NCBI GenBank assembly: GCA_963729625.1
Contig: CAVSOU010000008.1
Span: forward strand, 160,001 to 224,000
Length of the DNA: 64,000 nucleotides
From: an uncultured bacterium
GTDB taxonomy: Bacteria > Chloroflexota > UBA5177 > JANWHV01
Reading direction: 5' to 3'
The translations under genes were made by a program, and so were the position numbers. Positions within the stretch are counted from its first letter, which is position 1. The number at the start of each line of letters is the position of its first letter. Of this stretch, positions 1 to 8,677 are shown piece after piece. A model generated the notes under the pieces. That model was given only the letters and a program-made list of their open reading frames with translations, made no database searches and was not told the origin of the DNA.

Positions 1-1
1 C

Positions 2-316
2 GGGCGGCGCATCATTCTGTTGCTCGGCATACTTGGCGACAAAGACTATAGTACGATTGCCGCTGTGCTCTGCCCGCTGGCGGCGGCGGTTGTGGTCAGC
101 GAGCCTCCGTGGAAGAGCAGAGCGGGATTCGCTGGGGCAGTGGCGATCGAGGCAAGACGATACAGCGCGCACGTGGAGGAGCATGACGACCAGGCGGAGG
201 CGCTTGACCGTGCTCTGGCCCTTTCCGGCCCCGACGACCTTGTTGTCGTAGCCGGATCGCTCTATCTCGTAGGGGCTATTCGCGACGTGCTCTGCCCGGA
301 ATCGTCTGAGCAGTAG
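2..316 (+). CDS. folC: Folylpolyglutamate synthase/dihydrofolate synthase, C-terminal part (5' truncated by window edge)
   Basis: Open frame from window start; FolC C-terminal motifs LGILGDKD and VVVAGSLYLVG. Confidence 0.85.
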   Translation, partial: GRRIILLLGILGDKDYSTIAAVLCPLAAAVVVSEPPWKSRAGFAGAVAIEARRYSAHVEEHDDQAEALDRALALSGPDDLVVVAGSLYLVGAIRDVLCPESSEQ

Positions 317-330
317 CCGCGCTGGAGGAT

Positions 331-1158
331 ATGTTGCCGCAGGCGCTCTCGATATTGCCTTCATTGGCTGGACGATCGCGTCCGCTCCGCATCGGGCACA
401 TGGGCGCGGCCGGGCTGGCCCCAGCCAATTCGGCCGCGGCGATCGAGGCCGCGCTTGACACTGGTGTCGACGTCGTGGAGCTGGACGTCTGGCGAACGGC
501 CGATGGTCATTTCGTGCTCGCGCATTTCAACTGGCTTGCGCCGGAAGAAGCCGAGTTGTCCGGCGCGCTGGCCCGCCCGCGTTGGTGGCTGCGTGCAGCG
601 CGAACCTGGCGGATGTGGCCGCGCATCACGCAGTGCACGCTGGAAGATCTTGGTCATCTGCCCATGCCGCTGTGCACGCTGGAGGCGGCGCTGGAACAGA
701 TGCGCGGCCGCGCGATTCCCTATCTCGACCTGCGCACGCAGGGGAACGAACAGCATCTCTGCGACCTGCTTCGCGTGCACGCGCCCGATGGCGCCATGCT
801 GGGCGCCGGGCCACACAGGTCGTTCGCGCCGGAGCGGAGAGTGATGCCCGCGCTGGTGGCCACGAGCGGCATAGCGCTGCCGCTCTTCGATCGGGCGATA
901 TCGGAGAAGTCGCTGGCAGCTCTGACACGGTTTGCTACCAGGCGGGCACGCCTCATGGGGGCGCAGGGACTGTCAGTCGAATACCACCTCGTCAAGCCGG
1001 CGCTGCTGCACGTATGCAGGGCCGAGGGCATGTTCGTCTTTGCCTGGACCGTCGACGATCCGGTGGTGATGCAGGATCTCATTTCGCTGGGCGTGGACGG
1101 CATCACCACCAACCGGCCGGACATCCTGGCGCAGTGCCTGGAGGCGCGGCGTGCGTAG
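331..1158 (+). CDS. Glycerophosphodiester phosphodiesterase family protein (divergent)
   Basis: GHMG..APANS, ELDVWRTADG..LAH, WTVDD...GVDGITTNRPD match the GDPD fold; GGAGG RBS. Confidence 0.85.
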   Translation: MLPQALSILPSLAGRSRPLRIGHMGAAGLAPANSAAAIEAALDTGVDVVELDVWRTADGHFVLAHFNWLAPEEAELSGALARPRWWLRAARTWRMWPRITQCTLEDLGHLPMPLCTLEAALEQMRGRAIPYLDLRTQGNEQHLCDLLRVHAPDGAMLGAGPHRSFAPERRVMPALVATSGIALPLFDRAISEKSLAALTRFATRRARLMGAQGLSVEYHLVKPALLHVCRAEGMFVFAWTVDDPVVMQDLISLGVDGITTNRPDILAQCLEARRA

Positions 1159-1330
1159 AGCTTCCTGCCGCTGTCTCCGGCAGCTCTGCGCGCGGGGCCT
1201 TGGGCCGGATACCCACAGGAGTGGGTGATGGCATGGCAGAGGTGACCCGCTGCCGGGACACCTGCCCGAAGGGTGGGTCGTGCCCCGCGCTCAGGCCGGC
1301 TACCAAACAGCGAATGCCCCCTGCGCTCCG

Positions 1331-1633
1331 CTAATGGCCGTCGGGTCCCTCGCCGAGTAACTGCTTTGCACGGATGGCGAAGGCCACGTCGGCAGTCCGC
1401 TCGGTCGCCCAGAGCGCCGGAGTATCAGGGAAGCCCTCGCGCGCGATTGCCGTGGCCCACTCCAGGCCGGCATCATAGCGCGTCCGCAGCACATCGAGGC
1501 GATCGATCTCCTGCAACTGCTCGAGAATGCGGCGGATCGTGGCCGTATACTCCACTTTCCGCCTGCCCATCTCGAGCTGCTCGTACCAGGCGAGGGCCCT
1601 TGACCAGCGCTCGTCCATCTGCGTTCCGATCAT
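1331..1633 (-). CDS. Hypothetical protein
   Basis: 100-aa ORF filling the gap between genes, protein-like composition; no motif recognised. Confidence 0.6.
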   Translation of the reverse strand: MIGTQMDERWSRALAWYEQLEMGRRKVEYTATIRRILEQLQEIDRLDVLRTRYDAGLEWATAIAREGFPDTPALWATERTADVAFAIRAKQLLGEGPDGH

Positions 1634-1853
1634 TCTAGCAGCCCTGCTGACCGCCTGCGGCTGAGGACCTCTGTAGGCTGCCGTATTGGTAGTCGTCCGA
1701 ACTGCCGGAGACTCGTGCGCACTTCCGCTTCGAGTACCATGCAGAGCGCTAGGTCCTACGGTCGCGCAAAGCCTGCGGCGTTACAACGGTCATGGCGCCC
1801 CTCACCTTGCCACCGTACCGCTGGAAGGCTGGCGAGACGCGCCCTCCGCATGG

Positions 1854-2828
1854 TCAGGCGAGGACTGCTTCGGCCTCCGCCGCTGCTTCCAGGCCCAGTC
1901 CATGCTCTTCCAGGTATTTTTCTGCGTCCAGCGCGGCCTTGCAGCCATCTCCCGCCGCCGTAACCGCCTGCTTGTACCGCGTATCGTGCACGTCGCCCGC
2001 GGCGAACACGCCAGGCACGCTGGTAAACGTATTCTTTGGAACGGAGATGTAGCCTGCCGCGTCGAGGTCTATCTGGCCGGCAAACAGCTCCGTGTTGGGG
2101 TGATGCCCAATGGCCACGAACACAGCCGCTACAGGCAGTACGGAAAGGGCCCCCGTCTTCACGTCGCGAAGCCGCAGTCCGGTGACCTTTTCCTCGCCGA
2201 GCACATCCTCGACAACCGTGTTCCAGATGAAGTTGATCTTGGGGTTGGCGACGGCGCGAGCTTGCATCGCTTTGCTGGCTCGAAGCTGGTCACGGCGATG
2301 AATCACAGAGACTTTGCCGGCAAAGCGCGTGAGGAACGTCGCCTCCTCCATCGCCGTATCACCACCACCTACCACGGCGATCTCGACATTGCGGAAGAAG
2401 GCGCCGTCGCAGGTGGCACAGGTGGAGACGCCGCGCCCGCGCAGCCTGGTTTCGTTCTCCAGCCCGATCCACTGGGCCGATGCGCCGGTTGCAATGATCA
2501 CCGAGTGCGCGTACAGCTCCTCGTCTTCGGTTGCCAGGCGAAACGGGCGCTGCGAGAAGTCGACGGCCACGATGTCTTCGTAGCGGATCGCGGCGCCAAA
2601 GCGCTCGGCTTGTTGGCGGAACCTTTCCATCAGCTCGGGGCCCATGACGCCCTCGACGAACCCGGGATAGTTCTCTACCTCGGTGGTCAGCATAAGCTGT
2701 CCACCATTCAGACTCCCGGCGAAGACAACCGGCGCGAGCTTCGCGCGCGCCGCATACAGTGCGGCAGTGTAGCCGGCAGGGCCGGAACCGATGATAATCA
2801 GCTTGTGTGGCTTGGCGGAGGTGCCCAT
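1854..2828 (-). CDS. trxB: Thioredoxin-disulfide reductase
   Basis: IIGSGPAGYTAA, CATCDG active site, VGGGDTAMEEA, GVFAAGD; start moved to the ATG after the GGAG RBS. Confidence 0.97.
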   Translation of the reverse strand: MGTSAKPHKLIIIGSGPAGYTAALYAARAKLAPVVFAGSLNGGQLMLTTEVENYPGFVEGVMGPELMERFRQQAERFGAAIRYEDIVAVDFSQRPFRLATEDEELYAHSVIIATGASAQWIGLENETRLRGRGVSTCATCDGAFFRNVEIAVVGGGDTAMEEATFLTRFAGKVSVIHRRDQLRASKAMQARAVANPKINFIWNTVVEDVLGEEKVTGLRLRDVKTGALSVLPVAAVFVAIGHHPNTELFAGQIDLDAAGYISVPKNTFTSVPGVFAAGDVHDTRYKQAVTAAGDGCKAALDAEKYLEEHGLGLEAAAEAEAVLA

Positions 2829-3000
2829 CATTTCTCCACTTACATGTGCGTTGTCTGGCCGGCGATTTCGACTCGCCTGCCGGTATGTACCTGCATCCAT
2901 AGTATCGTACCGAAACCCGGCTTGGATTCGCGCCGCGGTTTCACAGTCGAAGGCAAACCGAGAGCGGTATGATGGGGGAAGGATGATTGGGAGGGGCCGG

Positions 3001-3588
3001 ATGGTTGCCGAGCGACGACCCGAACGGATGACTGTCGACGAGTGGCGCGCGCTGGAGCGCGCAAGCCCCGACACGAAGCACGAGTACTTCGATGGCCACG
3101 TGTACGCAATGGCCGGTGGGAGCAGTCTCCATTCCGGGATTTCCGTGAATATCATCGCAACGCTCTACCCTGTGCTCGGCGACGGACCCTGCAGGGTGTA
3201 CAACTCCGATCTCGCCACGCGCGTGTCGGCAAGTCGCTACACATATCCTGATGTGGTAATTAGCTGCGACGTGTTTGATGCGCCGTCACGCGATCGGACG
3301 GAGCTCGAGGCGCCGCGCGTGGTTTTCGAGGTACTCTCCGACAGCACGGAACGCACGGATCGAGGACGCAAGTGGGACTACTACCGGCAATGCCCAAGCT
3401 TGCAGGAATATGTGCTGGTGGGTACCGAGTACCAACGCGTTGAAGTCTACCGACGCACTGGAACGGGCTGGGATTCCTTCCAGATTTACGGACCTGCCGA
3501 CGAGCTTGAGCTGCAAAGCATCAACGCGCATTTCCCGGTGGCCGCGATCTACCGGCGCACGGAGGTGCCCGAAGCACCACCGGACTAG
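3001..3588 (+). CDS. Uma2 (DUF820) family endonuclease-fold protein
   Basis: HEYFDGHVYAMAGGS..H, YPDVV, EVLSDST..DRG.K..YY, EYVLV. Confidence 0.92.
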   Translation: MVAERRPERMTVDEWRALERASPDTKHEYFDGHVYAMAGGSSLHSGISVNIIATLYPVLGDGPCRVYNSDLATRVSASRYTYPDVVISCDVFDAPSRDRTELEAPRVVFEVLSDSTERTDRGRKWDYYRQCPSLQEYVLVGTEYQRVEVYRRTGTGWDSFQIYGPADELELQSINAHFPVAAIYRRTEVPEAPPD

Positions 3589-3740
3589 TGGGTCACTTGT
3601 CACGTGTATGGCCTTTCCCGGAGCGCGAGAGTCTGGGCGGCCTGAAGGCCACAGTTAGCTCAGCAGGTGAGGCTCCCCGGCCTGAAGGCCTGGGTCTCAG
3701 GCGCCGCGGCAATGGCTGTGAGCAACGCACTTGACCCACT
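3587..3740. mobile_element. Putative MITE/REP-like element with 9-bp terminal inverted repeats and two GGCCTGAAGGCC palindromes
   Basis: AGTGGGTCA (3587-3595) / TGACCCACT (3732-3740); GGCCTGAAGGCC at 3639-3650 and 3679-3690. Confidence 0.45.
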
Positions 3741-3773
3741 CTAGGTCATCTGTTCGCTCAACGAGGCTCGCGT

Positions 3774-3969
3774 CAGCATCGCACCTGCCGGGCAATAGTG
3801 CTATACCGCGAAAGCCCGAGGCGGCGTTAGGGGGATACTGACCCGCAGCCTGCGTTCGCCCGTATGAATGCAATGCACCCCTACCAAGCACCGGCCGTAT
3901 GGCGGGCACCTCCTTGCCAAAGCAGGGAGCACCGAATCGAGTCGCATGGCCGAGGCGGGTGGGTCGCTG
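3774..3969 (+). ncRNA. Putative structured non-coding RNA (6S-like rod), unverified
   Basis: Nested pairings CACCTGCC/GGCGGGTG, GCCCG/CGGGC, TAGGGG/CCCCTA, TGCGTTCG/TGAATGCA and hairpin TCCTTGC-CAAA-GCAGGGA; G-U pairs favour the + strand; lies between convergent genes. Confidence 0.35.
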
Positions 3970-3980
3970 TGTATCGGCTA

Positions 3981-6497
3981 TCAATTCGCGACGATATTGA
4001 GCAGCTTCCCAGGGACATATATGACCTGCCGAACCGTCTTTCCCGCGATCTGTGCCTGCACGCGCTCGCTCGCGATGGCCGCGGCCTCGGCCGCCTCCTT
4101 CGTGATATCGGGCGCCACGTCCATCTTGTCGCGTACCTTACCGTTCACCTGGACGACGAGCGTGACCGTCTGCGGCCGAGCTTTCTCTTCGTCCCACTGC
4201 GGCCATGGCTGCGTGTGGACGCTGTAGCCGCCGCCGAGCCGTGCCCAAAGTTCTTCAGCCAGGTGAGGAGCCAGCGAAGCCAGCAGCAAGGCAGTTGTCC
4301 TCAGGGCGGCGCGCCGCTGTTCGACGGTAGCCGCCGCCCAATTGTCTTGCAAGTAGTTCTGGTGCTCCATCAATCCGGCGACCGCGGTGTGGAACTTCAG
4401 CGCAACCAGGTCTTCCCCGACCCGCTTGATCGTGCGATGGATCATCGCCTCCCATTCTGGACCGGCTCCCTGTTCCGTCGCAGGCATGTCGACGTCGTCC
4501 AGGCGACCGATCAGGCGCCCAACAAAGCGTGAGATGCCCGAGACCGCCCTATCGCTGAACACACCGCCCTCCGTATACGGTCCGGCGAATAGCAGCGCGA
4601 GGCGGAGAATGTCGGCGCCGTAGCGCTCGATGTACTCGTCAGGATTCACCACGTTGCCACGGCTCTTGGACATCTTCTGTGCCGTCTGGACGACGCGCTC
4701 CTCACCCGTGACCGGGTCGGTGACGCGCTCTTCCTCCAGCACGAGCAGAAGCCCGTGCAGGCGAAGCCGCGTGAAGGGCTCGCCAAACGGCAGGTAGCCG
4801 AGATCGTGCAGGACATTGGTGATGAAGCGGGCGTAGAGGTGGTGCCGGCGGACGTGCTCGATGCCGCCCATATACATGTTCACCGGCAGCCACTTTTGCG
4901 TGCGCCCGGCGTCGAAGGGCCGGTCGTCCCACTCGGTAGACGGGTAGCGCAGGAAGTACCACGCCGAGTCGAGGAACGTGTCGGAAACGTCGGTCTCGCG
5001 CCGCGCCGGTCCCCCGCAGGTGGGGCAGGTCGTGTTGACCCAATCTTCCAGCGCCGCCAGCGGGCCGACGCCCGTGCCTGTAGGCCTGAAGTTCTCTATC
5101 TCGGGCAGAATGACCGGCAGGTCGCTCTCGGGAACGGGCACGATGCCGTCCTTGTCGCAATAGACAACCGGAATCGGCGGTCCCCAGTACCGCTGCCGCG
5201 AGATAAGCCAGTCGTGCAGGCGCAGCGTCGTCTGCGCGCGCGCCACGCCCTTCCGTGCCAGGAACTCGATGAATTGCGGAATGATCGCCTCATCGCTGCG
5301 AAGCCCGTCGAACGGTCCGGAATTCACGATCGTTCCCTGATGCTCCGGCAGAGCGGCGGTCATTTCATCGGGGTCGAGTATCTTGCCGTCGGGTTGATAG
5401 ACCGGAACGATCGGCAGATCGAACTTGCGCGCGAACTCGAAGTCGCGCTGATCGTGGGCGGGAACGGCCATGATAGCGCCGGTGCCGTAGTGGGCGAGCA
5501 CGTAGTCGGCAACCCAGATCGGGATGTTGGCGCCGGTAGCTGGATTGACGGCGTAGGCGCCCGTGAACACACCGGTCTTCTCGCGCTCGGTGGTACGCTC
5601 GCGCTCGGTCTTTCCGGCTACCTCGGTTACGTAGGCGGTCACCGCCGCCCGCTCGACCGCCGACGTGATCCGGCCTACGAGCGGGTGCTCTGGCGCCAAT
5701 ACGCAGTACGTGGCGCCGAAAATGGTGTCCGGCCTGGTTGTGAACACGGTGAAGGACTCGGGCAGGTCTGCGACCTGGAAGGCGATGGCGGCGCCCGGGC
5801 TGCGGCCAATCCACTCGGATTGGAGCGTCTTGCTCAGCTCAGGCCAGTCGAGATCTTTCAGATTGTCGACCAGCCTGTCGGCATAGGCAGTGATCCTGAA
5901 GAACCACTGCTCCATCTCGCGCTGAGTCACGGGCGTGTGACAGCGCTCGCAGACTGTCTCACCGTTCTCTTCCTCAGTCTGCTCGTTTGCCAGCACGGTC
6001 TGGCAGGTCGGGCACCAGGTAACGGGCGCCGTGGCCCGATAGGCCAGGTTTGCTTTGAGCAGCTGGACGAAGACCCACTGCGTCCACTTGTAGTAGCTGG
6101 GGTGGCTCGTGATCACCTCATGCGACCAGTCCCACATGGTGCCGAGGCGTTTCATCTGCGTCTCGCGGAAGCGCACGACCGTCTGGTCGGTGAGCACCAT
6201 GGGATTGACGCCGATCTTCAGTGCATAGTTCTCGCTGTGGATGCCGAAGGAGTCGAAGCCCATGGGTTGGAACACGTCGTATCCCTGCATCTTCATATAG
6301 CGCCCGTAGGTATCGGCGCCACAATAGGTATAGACGTGCCCGACGTGCAGCCCTTCACCGGACGGGTAGGGGAACTCCATCAAATTGTAGAATGGGCGTG
6401 CGGCATTGGCCAGATCGACGCGATAGATTCCCGTCTCTTCCCAGCGCCGGTTCCACTTCTCTTCGATTGTCTTGGCGTCGTAATCAGCCACTCTCAC
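3981..6497 (-). CDS. leuS: Leucine--tRNA ligase
   Basis: FPYPSGEGLHVGH (HIGH), KMSKS, YGTGAIMAVPAHDQRD editing domain, WLISRQRYWG; GTG start after GAGGAGG. Confidence 0.98.
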   Translation of the reverse strand: MRVADYDAKTIEEKWNRRWEETGIYRVDLANAARPFYNLMEFPYPSGEGLHVGHVYTYCGADTYGRYMKMQGYDVFQPMGFDSFGIHSENYALKIGVNPMVLTDQTVVRFRETQMKRLGTMWDWSHEVITSHPSYYKWTQWVFVQLLKANLAYRATAPVTWCPTCQTVLANEQTEEENGETVCERCHTPVTQREMEQWFFRITAYADRLVDNLKDLDWPELSKTLQSEWIGRSPGAAIAFQVADLPESFTVFTTRPDTIFGATYCVLAPEHPLVGRITSAVERAAVTAYVTEVAGKTERERTTEREKTGVFTGAYAVNPATGANIPIWVADYVLAHYGTGAIMAVPAHDQRDFEFARKFDLPIVPVYQPDGKILDPDEMTAALPEHQGTIVNSGPFDGLRSDEAIIPQFIEFLARKGVARAQTTLRLHDWLISRQRYWGPPIPVVYCDKDGIVPVPESDLPVILPEIENFRPTGTGVGPLAALEDWVNTTCPTCGGPARRETDVSDTFLDSAWYFLRYPSTEWDDRPFDAGRTQKWLPVNMYMGGIEHVRRHHLYARFITNVLHDLGYLPFGEPFTRLRLHGLLLVLEEERVTDPVTGEERVVQTAQKMSKSRGNVVNPDEYIERYGADILRLALLFAGPYTEGGVFSDRAVSGISRFVGRLIGRLDDVDMPATEQGAGPEWEAMIHRTIKRVGEDLVALKFHTAVAGLMEHQNYLQDNWAAATVEQRRAALRTTALLLASLAPHLAEELWARLGGGYSVHTQPWPQWDEEKARPQTVTLVVQVNGKVRDKMDVAPDITKEAAEAAAIASERVQAQIAGKTVRQVIYVPGKLLNIVAN

Positions 6498-6636
6498 CAC
6501 CCCCTCCTCAGCGAAGCGCGCCGGGCCCGGCCCTCCATCGCTATGCGGCGTCAGTGCTTCCCCGGTGTGACGCACGTAGCCTCGCAGCTCGCAACCGTCC
6601 AGACCTGTCGGACATGCGCGCGAAAGCACGTGCAGC

Positions 6637-6679
6637 AAAAAGCCCCCCATCCGCCGGCGTCATGCCGGGGACGGAAGGC
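6637..6679 (-). terminator. Intrinsic terminator in the leuS leader
   Basis: Minus strand GCCUUCCGUCC-CCGGC-AUGAC-GCCGG-C-GGAUGGGGGGC-UUUUU; G-U pairs make it strand-specific. Confidence 0.75.
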
Positions 6680-6994
6680 ATCAATATTTGCACCCTACTG
6701 CTCCTAGGCTTTGCTTGGCCTTTAGTGTACCGGATCCTGCACCACGTACTCGATTGCCGCTCGTCCACAGGTCTGCCGCAACCGCGGCAAGAGGTGCATA
6801 AAGATGCCAAAAGATGTATACTTATTTGGCTGGTCGCGCGGCGAGGCTGATGGCGTTCGCGCCGTCGAAAGCGCAGCTTAGCCGTACGACGATTCACCGG
6901 TACGCTGATTGCAGAGGCGGTCCCTGGACAGTGGCAGTGTGTGCGCAGGCCGATGTGGTCTGTTATCCGTGTCATGGCACGGTAAGGAGGCGTA

Positions 6995-7393
6995 ATGGCA
7001 CAAACAGTTCCCCAAGCATACCGCGATCTTCTGGAGAAACCGGCTATCGCGCACCTTGCGACGATCATGCCAAGCGGCGCGCCGCAGGTGACCCCGGTGT
7101 GGGTCGATTTCGACGGCACCTACCTGCTCGTCAATGCAGCGAGAGGCCGGCAGAAAGACAAGAATATGCAGGCACGGCAACTTGTAGGTCTGGAGATCAG
7201 CGATCCTCAGAATCCCTACCGCTACCTATCAGTGCGCGGTCGTGTCGTCGAGATCACGGAAGAGGGTGCCGACGCCCACATCGATAAGCTTGCCAAGAAG
7301 TATATGGGGGCCGACAGCTACCAAGACCGTACTCCGGGCGAAGTGCGCCTCATCTACAAAATCGAACCGATGCGTGTGGAGATCCCCGAGTAA
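6995..7393 (+). CDS. PPOX class F420-dependent oxidoreductase
   Basis: AHLATIMPSGAPQVTPVW, GRQKDKN, DPQNPYRYLSVRG, HIDKLAKKY; AAGGAGG RBS. Confidence 0.92.
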   Translation: MAQTVPQAYRDLLEKPAIAHLATIMPSGAPQVTPVWVDFDGTYLLVNAARGRQKDKNMQARQLVGLEISDPQNPYRYLSVRGRVVEITEEGADAHIDKLAKKYMGADSYQDRTPGEVRLIYKIEPMRVEIPE

Positions 7394-7418
7394 AACATTC
7401 CTGATTCCCGCGCGACTC

Positions 7419-7448
7419 TTGACTTTAGCCGCAACCATTCCTTAGAAT
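7419..7448 (+). promoter_or_regulatory. Sigma70-type promoter
   Basis: TTGACT-18 nt-TAGAAT. Confidence 0.7.
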
Positions 7449-7488
7449 GGCGATAGTCACTCTAGCACGGAAAGGAGGTGATGCGAAT

Positions 7489-7563
7489 ATGGGTTGTCAT
7501 AGTTGCTTCGGTGTAACAGGTCACCCAGTTCGCGGTTCTATGGTTGAGGTGATCTTCGCCTGA
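7489..7563 (+). CDS. Small ORF MGCHSCFGVTGHPVRGSMVEVIFA (24 aa), unannotated
   Basis: Perfect SD AAAGGAGGTGA about 8 nt upstream of ATG, inside a promoter-terminator unit. Confidence 0.45.
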   Translation: MGCHSCFGVTGHPVRGSMVEVIFA

Positions 7564-7603
7564 CGTGCTGTTCACTGGGTGACAGCATAGACCGAGAGCA
7601 ACT

Positions 7604-7642
7604 CGAGAGCGGGAAGCTAGTGCTTCCCGCTCTCGGCATTTT
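7604..7642 (+). terminator. Intrinsic terminator
   Basis: CGAGAGCGGGAAGC-TAGT-GCTTCCCGCTCTCG perfect 14-bp stem followed by GCATTTT. Confidence 0.8.
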
Positions 7643-7811
7643 CATGGTGGCCGAGGGTCGCACTTCGGCGCAGCTCGGCGGCGGACACCGTCTCATCACC
7701 GGCGGCGTCGCAGCCTCACGGGCAGTGCCCCCGGATCCTTCGTGGCGCGTCGAGCGGCGTCCTGCGGCACCCGGGCAGTCATGCGCGAGCAGTACGAGGA
7801 GAGCGCAGACC

Positions 7812-8576
7812 GTGGATCAGTCGTTCCCGGCGCTTGACTGGCAGATCGTCGCCTCCAGGCGCTCCGGCGCCCGGGTTGGCAACGCCGTATTCTACTACCC
7901 TGAAGTCGACTCCACCAACGCGGTTGCGGCCGCACGGCTCCCTTCCAACGGAGATGGCACGGTGGTTGTCGCCGATCATCAGACGGCCGGACGTGGCCGC
8001 CTTGGCCGGCCCTGGATCGCCGCCCATGGAAGCAGCCTGCTTTTCACGGTCGTGCTCGCGGGAGCGGAGCCGCTCTGGATCGCCCCCATGTCAGCCGGGC
8101 TCGCGGTAGTGGATGCGCTATCCCTGCACCGCATCGACGCGCAGCTCAAGTGGCCTAACGACGTGCTCATCGAGGGGCGCAAATGCTCAGGCATCCTGAT
8201 TGAAGTCCGCCGTGTCGACGATGCGCAATGGCTTCTGCTCGGTATCGGCCTCAACGTTCGGTCAGCCGATCCCTCGCTTCCATTGGCAACGCACCTCGAC
8301 GCGCATGTGCACCGGCCAATTGTTCGAGAGGACCTTTTTGTGGATCTTCTCGCGCGACTGGAGTGGTGGCTAGACCAGGCGAAGATCGATCCTGCACGGG
8401 TGCGCGAAGCGTGGGCGGCAAGACTGGGTACGCTGGGCAAGGAGGTTGCCGTGGCCACATCCAGTGAAACCATCCGCGGGGTGGCCGAAGATATTGCCGA
8501 CGACGGCGCGCTCATTCTCCGTCTGCCCAACGGATCGCGCAGGGCGGTGCGCGCCGGCGATGTGACGCCCAGGTAG
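7812..8576 (+). CDS. birA: Biotin--[acetyl-CoA-carboxylase] ligase (class I, no HTH)
   Basis: DSTN, QTAGRGRLGRPW, KWPND, KCSGILIE, GIGLN; GTG start after GAGGAG. Confidence 0.93.
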   Translation: MDQSFPALDWQIVASRRSGARVGNAVFYYPEVDSTNAVAAARLPSNGDGTVVVADHQTAGRGRLGRPWIAAHGSSLLFTVVLAGAEPLWIAPMSAGLAVVDALSLHRIDAQLKWPNDVLIEGRKCSGILIEVRRVDDAQWLLLGIGLNVRSADPSLPLATHLDAHVHRPIVREDLFVDLLARLEWWLDQAKIDPARVREAWAARLGTLGKEVAVATSSETIRGVAEDIADDGALILRLPNGSRRAVRAGDVTPR

Positions 8577-8677
8577 CGATTTCCACCAACTTCGCTATGT
8601 TTTTGGCCCCATTGCGGCCTAGCGTGGACGACGCCTTTCCCGTAAGCTGGTGTCTGGTGCGTGATTGGAGGGCCTCA

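Noticed and set aside
1686-2972. 428-aa + strand ORF
   Set aside because: Antisense shadow of trxB; typical high-GC artefact
3800-3970. SRP RNA, tmRNA, RNase P or tRNA interpretation
   Set aside because: Lacks the SRP CAGG..GGAA..AGCAG motif, the RNase P GAGGAAAGUCC motif and tRNA-like arms
6695-6706. Four consecutive Leu codons (CTA CTG CTC CTA) near leuS as a leader-peptide attenuator
   Set aside because: They lie on the + strand, opposite to leuS transcription
4755-6707. 650-aa + strand ORF
   Set aside because: Antisense shadow of leuS with no recognisable motifs
6685-6722. c-di-GMP-I riboswitch (GCAAA...GCAAA spacing on the minus strand)
   Set aside because: No GNRA loop or receptor and no proper second stem
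7470-7490. 16S rRNA 3' end on the minus strand (AAAGGAGGTGAT)
   Set aside because: Match stops after 12 nt; no CCAGCCGCA continuation, so it is just a strong SD
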